Shown here one piece after another: positions 1 to 12,567 of a stretch of DNA of 64,000 nt (position 1 is the stretch's first letter; the number at the start of each line of letters is the position of its first letter). The translations under genes were made by a program, and so were the position numbers. The notes beneath the pieces were generated by a model. That model was not told the DNA's origin and searched no databases. It worked only from the letters and a program-made list of their open reading frames with translations. Location: the NCBI GenBank assembly GCA_973895155.1, contig OZ316894.1:20652451-20716450 (forward strand), in the 5' to 3' direction. Source of the DNA: Marsupella aquatica. Lineage: Eukaryota > Plantae > Marchantiophyta.

Positions 1-137
1 CGAAGAAAAAGGAGACCAAGAAGCACGAGCATCAGAAGGTCGCGAAAGCTCCCAAGGATGAAGGGCGCAAGCCATGTAAGGAAGGCCTCGACAAAGAAGA
101 CGACCCTGCTTATGACCGATATGACCCAAAATACTTC

Positions 138-2351
138 TTGCCCGACATCTCTTTGGAAGTGAAAGACCATCTGGAAGAGCTAGTTAAGGAGCAAGTGCAA
201 TCTCCTAACCCACCAGTAGTAGTCAAAGCTAAAGAGCCACTGAAAAATCCAGGTTATGATATTGTTGAAGATGTCAAGAATCATCCTGCACATATCACCA
301 TTGGGGAATTATTACAGGACAATCCGGTTTATAGGCGACAGCTGAGGAGCCTCCTTGCAGGAAAACGGAGGAAGAAGAAGTTACCTTCGGTGGATGTGCT
401 ACGAACAGAGTGGGAGGACAAAGGACCGATGGAAATTGAGGTTCAAATCCAGGGGTGTGTCATTCGGAGAGTTCCTGTGGATGGAGGAGCCAGCGTTAAT
501 CTGATTACACAGTCAGCAGCATTTAATTTGGGTTTCACTAAGTTTGAGCCCACTCCCAAGATTTTGCGCATGGCGGATCAGTCTCGTGTGGTACCCATAG
601 GGAAGCTGACCAGAGTAGAAACTTTGATTGCTGGTGTCCCTTTTCTGTTGGATTATGTGGTTATTAATCCGGAAATACCATCCAGCTTTCCTGTTTTGTT
701 AGGCCGACCATGGTTGTATAAGGCTCAAGTTCAGGTTAATTGGCAATCTCAAGAGCTTTCATTTGGGAAGCCTAAGGTGACTGTTAGTTGGGTTCCGGAA
801 CCACATTTTGGAGAAACACAAACAGATGATGGGTACACCTCGGATTTTTCGACCTCTTCGCTAGTCCTGCAGCCATTGGAATTTGAACTGGAGGAAGTTC
901 GTTACTTGGAAGTTTATCTGTCTGATGCTCCCATAAAACCAACTAGGCCCTCCTGACAATTAACTTCATCATCGGAAGTGGGCCCAGCAGCAGACGAACC
1001 TCCTAATACTGAGGCTAATAGGGATTTACACCATGATATGGGAATGTCAGCTACCCTTGAGCCATTTGCACCAGAAGTATCCAAACTTGGACTTCAGCCG
1101 GCAAACCTCACGGATGGAATTGTGGATCCAAAAGCTTGTCAGAAAATCGAAATTGAGCCAGGCAAGTTTTTGAATATTGGTAAGCATATCGAAGGAGAGC
1201 TACGGGAACAGTATATCAGTTTATTAACCCAGTATAAAGATGTCTTTGCCTGGAGTCATTCTGATTTAAAAGGTATCCATCCACATTTGGGCGAACATCG
1301 TATTGACCTTATGGAAGGAGCAGTACCTGTCCGACAGAGACAGTACCGTTTGAATCCCAAATATTCCATCCTGGTTAAAGACGAGTTGGACAAGCTCACG
1401 ACTGCTGGATTTATCTACCCGGTCTTGAGTAGTGAATGGGTCTCACCAATTGTCATTGTCCCCAAAAAGCCGGGACCCGATGGTAAAACGAAAATTCGCG
1501 TTTGTCAAGACTTCCGGAAGTTGAATGCTGCCACTCGGAAAGATCATTATCCTTTGCCATTTATTGATCTGGTACTTGATTCAGTGGCCTTGCATGAGTT
1601 ATACAGTTTTTTAGATGGGTACTCTGGTTATAACCAGGTGTCCATTCGGAAGGAGGATCGCGACAAGACTACGTTCACCACCGACTGGGGTACATATGCA
1701 TTTACCATGATGCCTTTTGGGCTGTGTAATGCCCCGGGTACTTTTCAGCGCATTATGATGATTATTTTTCAAGAATATTTGCGGCATTTCATGGAGATTT
1801 TTATTGACGACTTTTGTGTTTACGGGTCAGCGGCTGAACACCTCGTCCATTTGGAGAAGACATTTCAGAAGTGTAGAGAGGCTCAGTTGTGTCTTCATCC
1901 AGAAAAGTGCTTTATTGGTATGAAGGAGGGAATTTTGTTAGGCCATGTTATTTCACAACGCGGCATTGAGGTTGATACAGAGAAGGTTAGAGTAATTATG
2001 GAGTTGCAACCACCGACCGATTTAAAGCAGCTTCGTGCTTTTCTGGGACATGTGGGGTATTATCGTCGGTTCATTTATAAACATGCTAATATTGCCTTAC
2101 CCTTAACCCAACTGTTAAAAAGTGATGTGGAATATACATGGAATGAGGAGCGGCAGCAAGCATTCCAGTTGCTCAAGGATCGGTTAATCTCTGCACCTAT
2201 TTTGTCACCCCCAGATTGGACTAAGAAGTTTCATGTCTTCATTGACTCTTCTGCGTTCTGCATTGGAGCTAATCTCAGTCAGAAGGATGTGGAAAACCGT
2301 GACCATCCAATTTACTGTGCCAGCAATTTGTTCATCAAGAAGTACAACTGA
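138..2351 (+). pseudogene. Ty3/Gypsy gag-pol remnant: aspartic protease, reverse transcriptase and start of RNase H; truncated
   Basis: ORFs 138..956 (PVDGGASVN and LLGRPWL protease motifs) and 978..2351 (WVSPIVIVPKK, DFRKLN, MPFGLCNAP, FIDDF, FLGHVGYYRRFI) are in frame, separated by one TGA at 954-956. Homology stops after the RNase H motif HPIYCAS (~2324); no integrase. Confidence 0.93.
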
Positions 2352-2610
2352 TATCTGCTCAGATATCAATCGATGGACGAATCATTAATCTTTGGGGAAG
2401 AGTTAAAGGAGTCCCAATACAGATCGGAGAAGAATTCCATGACCTCGATTTTTATATTCTGGATTCGGATATCTCCCAACTCCCGTCAATGATTTTGAGC
2501 ACTACTTGGATTATTAAGCCAGAATATTATTAATGAAGAACATGTCACTCGCTTCTGATTCAATTCGGTCATGTCTTGTGGGGACACGGCGAAATTTAAG
2601 TGGAGGGCTA

Positions 2611-4010
2611 TGTGGTATGGGTGTCCCTGCAATTTTTTCTGGAAACTTGTTTATTTTTAGCATATCACAAGATTTACTTACACTTTAGACACCTTCCGGC
2701 CAACATTTACTTGTTCTGGACACTTATAGAAATATTTGACATCTCCGGCTTTCCTGACGATTCCTAGTGTACTTTGCCCGACGCTGTGACCAGCGCCCGT
2801 TTCTTTTACTCAAGACGCTGCGGAAGCGTCCAACCTCCTCATGACGCTTTTGGCAGTGCCCGACCGCCACCAAGACTCTATGAGGATTTCGACCGACGCT
2901 GTGGAAAGCGTCAGCTTCAACACACGACGCTGTGAGCAGCGTCCACCCTAGTATTGACGCTGTGAGCAGTGTGAGCAGCGTCCGTTGGTTTTACTTAAGA
3001 CGCTTCTAGCAGCGTCCGCTCAACACTTAGTTTTTGAAGTAGATTACTAGTAAAGTAGTATTCTACCACCCTTGTTGAAGTACTTATGCTGTGCTTCTCC
3101 CTTGTTTAGTTTTAAGCTTGGAAAGGCACGACTGTTCTTACCTCCTCCATTTTAGGATTCCAGCACTTATAAGACAGAGTAGAATGCTCATTTGAAGTAG
3201 AGAGAAATAGAGTTAATACTGTATTCAGAATTGAGTCTTCTGAATAGTTTTCTCCTCCTTCCATTGTAACAAGGCATGCTGTGAGTGTTTTGTATGGAAG
3301 TAAAGCTATATTGATTGAAGTTAAGATTGAATTCAAGAGATTCCTGTGGTGATTGAATTCAGTTGCAGATTTCTGAAACTCGTATTGAATTCACTGCTAG
3401 GCTTGCTTGCAGAGTCGGGATTCGCTAGCCAATTCAAGAATAGTTAATGATAAATGAGAAGTAAATTCTGATTCTCAGAGTAGTTAGTACTGTTGCTTTG
3501 ATTCTGGAATATGGTTTAGAGTTTGACTGAATTGCGTATCGCTGATGTCAAACCATGTTGACGGCATTTTAAATCATATCATTCATTTGCAATCAGAAAG
3601 CTTCTGCTTCATCAGATTGAGAATTCCATTATCATTAACCTTTGTGTTTTGAAGAGTGAGATGGATGAATTATGAGATAGATTTCATGTCTATACTGAGC
3701 CCAAATCCTTTCTGAAGGAGTGGCAGTAGCAGCTTGTAGTCTCTAAATCCTTACTCATTTCTTCTCTAATTCATAAATCAGAAGTTCAGTTACTTTGTTG
3801 TTTGTTTATTCGATTTTTTTTATTGAGAAGTGAAGTCAACATAGAGCTCAAGACTCTAAATCACTCGGAGTGATAAAAGTTATACAATTCATTCTGAAAT
3901 CTGTTCTTAAAGGGATCGAAACCCTGGTTTTAGGTGAGGAGAGTCACTTTTGATACTTAGCACTATACGACAGATGAAGTTCAAGTTAAAAGTGTACCGA
4001 TCCACCAACA
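2611..4010 (+). mobile_element. Probable 3' LTR of the Gypsy element
   Basis: Purine-rich AAGTGGAGGG (PPT-like) just before TGTGGT at 2611; ends ...CACCAACA at 4010; ~1.4 kb non-coding. The other LTR is outside the window, so the TSD cannot be checked. Confidence 0.55.
2780..3017. repeat. Cluster of GACGCT-N6/8-AGCGTC palindromes inside the putative LTR
   Basis: About 7 copies, e.g. gacgctgcggaagcgtc, gacgctgtgagcagcgtc, gacgcttctagcagcgtc. Confidence 0.75.
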
Positions 4011-4242
4011 ATTTGGTGACATGTCTACTCATGGGCCGCAGGGAGTTCCTATCGATGGATCCGATGGAAGCAACGATGAACAAGAAGGTATGCAACTCTT
4101 TTGCAGGTTCAATTTGAGCTGACGGTCACCTTTGCCTGGTTGTTTTTTGCAAACTATTTAGTTGTGCATTATTAAGTAATGTACTGAGGATGCGTGCTAG
4201 CGTTTGTGGGGAAACCTTTACTTCGATCTCCTTTGACTTGAT

Positions 4243-6263
4243 ATGTCATACGTTGTTGTGCTGCGCGCAGCGACCACCATTGGAGTGTTAAGAGAAAGGC
4301 CAAGGCAAGAGTTCCAAGCTGTCGCACTACCTACCCAAGGGGTCTTACAAATGGCCTCGGACATTTCCAACTTTGATGAAGCAAGTGATCCTCCATTTGA
4401 AGGAGGAAATGAACAAGAACCTGTTCCACTCCCTATGGAAGGGGTATCAGGAAGGGTCTTGGGCATTATTTCCAGCAATGATGAAGCGACAGAGCCTGCA
4501 TTTGAAGGAGGTTCCGGAGAAGCTGTACCACTCCCTATAGAAGAAGAACCAGGAAAAGTCTTTGAAAATTCCACCAATGATGAAGGACGTTCAGGAGAAG
4601 CTATCTCACTTCCTGTCCAAGGGGTATTGGGAAAGGTGTTGGACAATTCCACTGATGATGAAGCAAGGGAGCCTGCAATTGAAGGGCTTGATGATGAAGC
4701 TGCGCGTGAAGCTGTCCCACTCCGTATGGAAGGGGTATTAGGAAAAGTCTTGGACAATTCCATTGATGATGAGGCAAGGGAGCCTGCGATTGATGAAACT
4801 GTCCCACTCCGTGTGGAAGGGTTATTAGGAAAGGTGTTGGACAATTCCACCAATGGGGAAGAAAGGGAGCCTCCAATTGAAGGAACTGATACTGAACAAG
4901 CAGTGACCAGTGAAACTCAAAAAGCACCTACAACAAGCGGGCAAAGTGAAGGTCCTAGCGGAGGTATGTTTAATAGGACATATGATGAGTCTTTGTTGCC
5001 CTTTAGTAATGTGATAATGTCTGCTATAGCGTGGTGTCGATCAACTCCTTCAGACAACCCAAAGGAAGGTGTGGCATCCGATCATGAGTGTCGACTACTC
5101 CAACCAGACCATGCCATGACCGAGGAGGTACAGGAGAATCCGGGATCCGAGGTCAGTACACAACTGAATACAAACAAGGTTGATCTTGTGGAGAATGATA
5201 GATTGGCATTGACAGGTGAAGCTGTCAAGGCAGTGAAGAACTTTGCTTTGGTGCCATATTCACCGCATAGTGCGCCCTTGATAGACTGTATGGGCAGTTT
5301 GCCAGAGTGCGCCACAACAGGTGATGCTAGGCATGCACAAAAGATGCCTACACGTACAAGGGACAAGGGTGAAGCGAGAAGTCCATCCACAGACTCTAGG
5401 CATGGAGTAACGACGTCTACATTGACAAGGGATGAGGCTGAAGCAATAGGTCCTTCCACAATATTGGAGGAGTCTCCAGAACATCCTTTAGTGTTTGAAG
5501 AATTGCCGGAATTCACATCATCAAGGTGGATGCAGTATGCTACACAGCGAGCACAAATGAGCTCCGATGGGAAAACTCATGTTGCTGACTATGTTGACAA
5601 ATTTGTGCAAGGAGCGATGCATGTACAAGCAATTGCATCTTATGAGAATTACAGGCGAGTATACTCAGATTGCAGGTTAGATGCTCGTATGAGAATGCAC
5701 GGTGCATATGAGGCTATGCGAAGTCTTATAATGGACCTACAACATCATAAGGACGTCTTGCACAGTGAGATAGCTACGCTTGAAGAAACCATGTTGCAAA
5801 AGAAATTAGAATTGAGGCGAATGCCTCCCACAGAGTCAGATGCTAGGCTTTATAGAGACCAGGCTTTCTTGTGGCAGCAAGAAACAAGTAAAGAGAAGTC
5901 GCGTTTTGTTGCGGATAAGCGACGATTGCAAGATGAATTGCACAATTTCTGAGTTAAGTTGTGGCAGATAAAAAGGCTGCAGAGTTGCAAATGACACTTG
6001 AAAGCAATGACAGGAAGATACTTAGTTCAAACGCCACAGTAGAATGGTGCAAACAGCAAGAGAAGGAGTTCTTGCAATTGCACAACAGTGAACTAGACAA
6101 ACTTTGTGAAGTCCGACGAGCGATTGAGGAAGCAGAAGGCATGCAATCACGTCCGCCTCGGCCGCGGATGGCACTCATGATGCACTATCGACATTGACTC
6201 GTAATCCTCAACCTTAATGGGTTATTGTGTGCAATTGCTGAAGATAGGGAGTTCAGGAAATAT
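4243..6263 (+). pseudogene. 5' part of an acidic-repeat / coiled-coil / FCP1-NIF-domain gene, interrupted by element A
   Basis: ORF 4243..5952 has imperfect repeats (LPxxGVLGKVLDNSxDDEAREPAIEG) and a C-terminal coiled-coil. A frameshift leads to 5961..6197; past its TGA the frame reads LVILNLNGLLCAIAEDREFRKY (NIF motif I-like) up to the TIR at 6264. Confidence 0.7.
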
Positions 6264-6287
6264 CAGCCTATTCATTAAAAGTGTATT
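6264..6287 (+). repeat. Left TIR of element A
   Basis: 24-bp perfect inverted match to 19218-19241. Confidence 0.92.
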
Positions 6288-6299
6288 ATTATTTGATTT

Positions 6300-6622
6300 A
6301 TGTACATTTGGGCAATGAAAAGTGTACTTTTGGGCTTGAAAAAGTGTACATTTGGCCAATGAAAAGTGTACATTTGGGGATAGAAAAGTGTACAATTGGC
6401 CTAAAGAGTGTACATTTGGGCAATGAAAAGTGTATATTTGAACATCAAAATAGGTACATTTGGCTTTAAAAAGTGTACATTTGAGTACATTTGGCCTAGA
6501 AAGTGTACATTTGAGTGAAACAAACATACATTTGGCTTAAAAAGTGTACATTTAAGTGCATTTGGTCTAGAAAGTGTAGCTTTGAGTGCAACAAAGTGTA
6601 CATTTGGCCTAAAAAGTGTACC
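6300..6622 (+). repeat. Left subterminal array of element A (AAAGTGTACATTTGG, ~22-bp period)
   Basis: Roughly 15 imperfect copies directly inside the TIR. Confidence 0.9.
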
Positions 6623-6868
6623 AACTCTTATTATAATCATTTAAAAGAAAGGAATGAATAGAAAAATATTTTTAATTATGCAAAAAAAGCAAACATTCAT
6701 ATTCATAACGATCAAAAGTTTAGAAAATGAGGAGATAGTATAACTAACACTCAATGGCATGGTCTCACATTAAAACTATTAAAATAGTAAATAACTAGTA
6801 GGTACTTGTTACTATCTAAGTAACTATCTATTTAATAATTATTATAGCTTCACAAGTAACAACTAAGT

Positions 6869-9800
6869 CTACTTGTCCATCCTTTGGAGATAACTTTGGA
6901 TAGTTTGTAGAACATTTCGAGGAATCTTCAAACCTCTGCCCACCATGTTTTCTTCTTTCATGCCAGATTTAAAACCATACATTGCAGAATTTGCATACTG
7001 CCAATGTTGAGCGTTCTCACCAAACCCTGGATCTCGCTCCCATGTCTTAGTGGACATGAAGCAGTTTAGATACCGTGCACTCTCAGTCACATCAAGTTTA
7101 GAGTGTTTAGGCCTCCACCATTCGACTGGAAACATTGGAGCATATTGTTGAGACAGAGGAGGGTTTGTTGGAGATGTAGTTGGGACTTCATGCTTAGGGT
7201 CAACCGAACCCAAAGCTCTCACCAACCAGAAATGACCTCCACCATTTTTATTCTCCCAGTCATCCTCGGGTCGAAGAAATACAAAGTTCCCTTGACAAAT
7301 ATCCTGTAGGGGAATCCACCGTCCTTGTTCTCTCTCAGCTCGAGATCCAACAAATGGTGCCGCTTGATCTTCCATCTCTTCCAAGACCTCATTTTGAAGA
7401 GCCGTCATCTTCGCATTCTCCTCATCTTCACTTGGAGGACCACTTTGATCCGGTTGGTTGACCTTGTAACCAGTGCCATGGTTAGTCTTAGGCCAAAATC
7501 CATTTTTCAAGGGAAATTGAGTACTTCCCTCCCCTTCTAGTGCAAGCCCATTTGTCAACAACTCCACAATTCTCTCCCAATATTTCACAAGAGGAAATCT
7601 TTCCTTATATGCTATAGATGTCTCATCAGTGCAACTCCTTCTCAAAAAATCAAGGTACTTGGTAAGAAATGGGATAATCTCTTCAGATTTTTTGTGTATC
7701 TCTCCAATGGATTTAGCTAAGGGCTCTCCACTAGGTAAAAGAAGGGAATTTGTTGTCAGATCTGTTGCCCAAATGCACCTTCCACCAACTGGAGCCCAAG
7801 CTTGCTTTACATGGGACTTATACTGAAATATTGGTACATAATCTCTCATAGAGAAAAGAAATGATACAGGTTTTGAGTGACCTTGAATATCTTTAACGTT
7901 GAAAGTTTAAAGATATTCTTTGTAAGATGCAACTTCTTGTATCAATCTGGGAACTGGATGAATGCTCTCACATTCCCAAACCTCTGCCATAAGAGCAAGG
8001 AGAGTTGCAACTTCCTTGTGCTGAACTTGATATGATACCTTCAAAAAGAGTGCATCAACATCTTCGTGCGTATGACCAACCATAAGAAAAGACATTTGAA
8101 TAGTTTCAAATACTCCTCTACTCACAAGCTCACTACAAAATGCCATGACAGTCTGGTTTTCGTTATCCTTTGCTGAGTTATCCATTTGCAATGTTAGGTG
8201 CCTTGGCAAGGGCTTGAAAGATGGACTGCCTTGTTCCCCATGCATGTCCCCTCCTTGATCCTCACCAAGTTGGGTGGAGACCGTCTCCGTCTGACTCTCG
8301 GCTGCATCTTCAGAACCAATATAGCTATTCATTGGAATACTCTTTGGTTCCAAATATCCCTTAAAAAATGCATCAAAGTCAAGAAGAGCTTGAAAGAAAG
8401 GTCTATGAGGTTCCAAATAAAGGCCATCCAACATGTCACCTGTCTTGTCTCCATTGTACTCTTCAAGGTCTCGAAGACACTTAGCCAAGGATGTCACCGT
8501 GAAATTGGCATCTCCTGGCCAAAGGCCAGTGACACTAAAGTGTGCATAGACTCCTGGATCTCTTCCGTGGATCAACATCCTTGTGAGAGCAATAGGTAGC
8601 GGCATCCCATGACCCGAAAGCGATTTAGGAGTACTGACCATTTTTGGAATCCACGTCTTTGCTTGATCCATCTTGTCGTGAATGATGCAAAGATATTCCC
8701 CTGGATGTTGCTTAGCCATCACTCGATGAGCATAGTAAACATATCTACGTGACATTTGCTCACGAAGATGTTGCGCTCGTTTTTCTTCAATTTCAGCAAC
8801 GTTCTTTTTTCCTTCTTTCTCGCATCAAACTATCTTTGTATTCACAACAAAGAGTACACTTGGCAAATGCACCATCTTCATGGAAACTAAAGTTTGCGAA
8901 TGATTTGCTCCAAATCTTGTACAGAGTATTCTCTGTAACTGGAGGAAGCCCCTCTTCCTTCATCTTTGTTCTCACATCTTCCAAAATCTCCAGCTTCTTG
9001 TAACATGCTGGAAGACGATATTCAGTGGAGTCTGTCCCATGAGCCCCAGCATAAGGTATATGAGGCATGGGCTCTGCATTTCGAGTCAAAAAATCCTCCA
9101 ACAGAGCTCGTGCATGCAAGGTATTTGACCTTGTTTTCATGGAGCCCGTGTTTCCATGGAACCCAATTTTGCAGCCCTCCACATATCTCCTTTTGTAGTC
9201 ATAATATTTTGTGTGGCTAAAACCATGGATGATTGCAAATGCATGTCTACATACGACCATACCCTTGAGAACATGGTGCCCCTTATCACGAACATCATCT
9301 TCTCTGTAGTGGAAGAGGTTGAAAATGTGTGATGTTTTTGACTCACTTGACATCCCGTGAAATTCTATCTGAATATCTTCTATGTCTTCTCTTGGCATAG
9401 TCAGACAACATTTCTGCTTGCAACAATTCTCTCTTTTAATTTCATCAATCGAAGCTTCCGTTGTTTTTGAAACTGCCTTGGTTTCCAACAGCCTTCTCTT
9501 CTTTTCAATCGGATCTACATGAGTCCTCTTGTTGAAATTGTATGGCCTTGTGCGCAGCATTCCCCTATCATTTACATTTGGATAGAGATCATCCCTATCC
9601 ACCGACTCCATCCTCTCTGAACCTTCAACCAAAATGTCTGACAAAAATTTCCCATTTGCAAGTAGTTTTGTTGAATCAATTCACCACCGAACCAAAGTAA
9701 TTACTCCCCTATGGAAGTTGGGAAAGTATTGTGATTCCACCACATCTTTCACAGCAATCCCTACATGGTCCTCACCAAGCATTTCATCGTCAACTGCCGC

Positions 9801-10625
9801 CATTTCTTGAGGCACAGTGATGGTCCCCGTGGCAACCCTATTGGTTCGATCTGAACCGATGTATAGTTCGACCAACTCTGACATCCAATTTGACCGTTGG
9901 AAATAGTCACAATTAGTTTTAGAAATTTCAGCTGAGGGAGACTCCACAACAAAACTCCGCTCTATGTTGATATCATCACCCGCATCCTTCTTTGAGAAAC
10001 TCTTTCTACTTTGGACATCTGCCACGTCCCAGAGAACCCATGAGTCTTTTGCCTCATCAATTGTTTCAGCCCCACTGTGTTTGTAAGGTAAAACCCTACT
10101 CCCATGAATGCCCACATGAATGATATCAGTGACCCTCACACTGATCCGTGATTCACCAAGTAAAATGTTGTGACATCTTTCCATTGGATTTGTATTGAAA
10201 ACAACTCCAAGGGCTACACAACACCAAAAGATGAACATTTCAACCTCATCCCCTTGCCTCAGAGTGGTCGATGAGTCCTCCTCTACAATTGGATTTTTCT
10301 CCAAATTACTCTCGGGTCTATTTGAACAACTACCTACACTAATGCGTTTTTGAGAATTTGTTGTCGTTGATAGATATGCGCAAGACAAATCCCAAATAAC
10401 GCAAGAATCAATGGCATCAAAAAGGTTTTCTGCCCGAGGCATCGGAAATGGTAGTTTTGTGGTTCGGTCAAAAACTTTCTCAATGAGAACTCCCATTCGA
10501 TTCTCTCTCAACAATATCTTTTGAACACTATCTTGCGGGTTGACTTTTTGAACTGTCCCACTCGCAACATTGTAACCATCATTTGTCAATATCACATTGT
10601 CTCCTCTCAAAAATATTCCGGTCAT
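6869..10625 (-). pseudogene. Transposase of element A: 3x Tnp1/En-Spm-like domain + CxxC + RNase H-fold DDD/E core (DUF7869/Sola-like motifs) + C-terminal domain
   Basis: ORFs 9681..10625, 8793..9644, 7907..8755 and 6869..7849 join through two in-frame stops (9681-83, 7907-09) and one frameshift (~8800). Motifs: FAKCTLC, IIHDKMDQAK, LQMDNSAKDN, FLMVGHTHEDVD; N-terminal repeats VAxGxV...LP(F/Y)...A.DS.V.WD. Confidence 0.8.
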
Positions 10626-10816
10626 TCCTATAACGTATTCACCTGCACAATTTTAAATGTAAAGTATTAGTTAAGAATGGTCCGAACTAGGAAGCACATA
10701 GGTGTCAACCCTCTCCAAGGACAGTGCGCATATTGGGATTATCCCCATCAAGCAAAATAATAGGTCCCCAAAAAGTCCCTATCTAGCCCTAAGATCCCTG
10801 ATCCCAATTTAGACGT

Positions 10817-11475
10817 TGGATAGGGATGATCCCTGTCCAAACGGTGGACAGGGATGATCCCTGTCCAAACGACGAATAGGGTCTGTCAGTGTCCAAATGG
10901 CAAACAAGGATCATCCCTGCCTAAACGGCGGATAGTGTCTGTCACTGTCCAAAGGGCGGACACGCCTGATCCATGTCCAAATGGTGGATTGAGTCTATTC
11001 CCTGTCCAAACAACTGACAGGGATGATTCAAGGAAACTTTTCATATTGGGGTCCAATCAAGCAAATACCTCAAACGGCGAATAGGGATCATCCGGAGAAC
11101 GACCACGGACACGGATCCCTATTGAAAGGGTAGACAGGGATCATCCCTATCAAAACGGCGGACAGGGACCATCCCTATCCAAACGGTGGACAGGGACCAT
11201 CCCTATCCAAACGGTGGACATGGATCATCCCTATCCAAATGGCGGACAGGGATCATCCTCATCCAAACAGCGAATACGGATCATTATCCAACTAGAGGAT
11301 CCAAACGGCGAATATGGATCATTATCCAACCAGAGGATCCAAACTGTAGAGGATCCAATAAAGTGCTATAGTTCATATGGTCCTCCACAGTACTCTACGG
11401 TGGACAGGGATCATCCCTATCCAAACAGTAGATAGAGATGATCCCTATCCAGATAGCAAACAGGGATTACCCCTC
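10817..11475. repeat. Array of element-A palindromes GGAYAG-N9-CTRTCC
   Basis: Many copies of ggacagggat(c/g)atccct(a/g)tcc in the region between the divergent genes. Confidence 0.88.
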
Positions 11476-12567
11476 TACGGACAATTGACTTTACACACTA
11501 ATTTAATGTTTGAGCAAAGAACGGTTGGATTGAGATTATCCCAATCGTGAGTTGGGCTGGGATTTTTTCACTTCAACCTTAACTTAGATATAGTAATTCC
11601 TAAATTTGCGGATATCAATGGAATATGCTACAATTCTATAATTAGGTTTAAAGTTACCTGTAATGGAAATGATTCTTGAACCCAAAACTCAATTTAGTTT
11701 ATGTTGTCAAACCAAGGATTAAAATACTGTGTTGAAGGGGTAGTTATCAGTAACCTGGTAAACTAAATGCTTCAGGGGTGTGGAAGAAATTAAAACTAGA
11801 TGTTCTGTCTAGAAAACAAGAGTGTCTCAATGGGGCTCCGTAATGAACGGACCTGGTTGAGGAACAGAACGAAAATCTAGAAATGAAAATACCAAATGAG
11901 GACCAGCCGGACAACCCCAAGTATCTTATACCAGTTGTTGAAGATCGCCCTTATGGATAAGGCGATGCATGATCAGCCTTAAGCAACGGCGAGTGGATTA
12001 GGTCGGGCGGTGCACTTTAGGGCAGCCATGCATTTAGGGTTTTCCACTCGCCTCGGCCTCCCACGTGTTCAGTGTGCCTTGCCTCGCCTCGGGGGGGGGG
12101 TAAAGGAGGTAGGAGGTCCCACTTGGACCTCATTCTTCATTCCCTCCTCGCTCCTCGCTCGCTCTCCTCCTCGCTCGCTCTTCTCCCTCCTCCGTCCGCT
12201 CCTCCTCTTCTCCACTCTTGCTCTTGCGCTCCTTTGCTCGCTCCTCCGCCTCATTCGCTTCCAATCTCCTTCGCTCCGACGCCTTTGCACTCCTTCGCTC
12301 TGCCTCCGCACTAAAGTTTATCCCCATAGCCGCCACGTTAATTTCCCTAGATCTAACGCTCTGCAATCCTCCACATGTCCATAAGGCCACGTGTCACACG
12401 ATGGAGCCATCCAGACCTATTCCAGTGTGTCTCGTCAGTGAGCCAACAGAGGAGACAGACCTCTCATCCATTGAGGACGTGGTGGAGACGGCCCTCGAGG
12501 ATTCCAGAGCCTTTCAATCGCTCAATCCAAGTGAGTATCCCAGTAACAAGTTAAATATTTGTGTGGT

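Noticed and set aside
6222-6640. Short ORFs over the subterminal repeats (also 46063..46356, 47385..47742, 41921..42293, 11186..11435)
   Set aside because: They are translations of DNA repeats with no protein motifs.
10817-11475. Palindromic repeat arrays (also 41854-42440 and 40118-40445) as CRISPR arrays
   Set aside because: Spacers are short or themselves repeated, there are no cas genes, and the arrays lie in introns or intergenic DNA of a eukaryotic transposon.
12010-12390. ORFs in the CT-rich tracts (also 41188..41657)
   Set aside because: Low-complexity promoter/5' UTR-like sequence; the peptides are not conserved between A and B.
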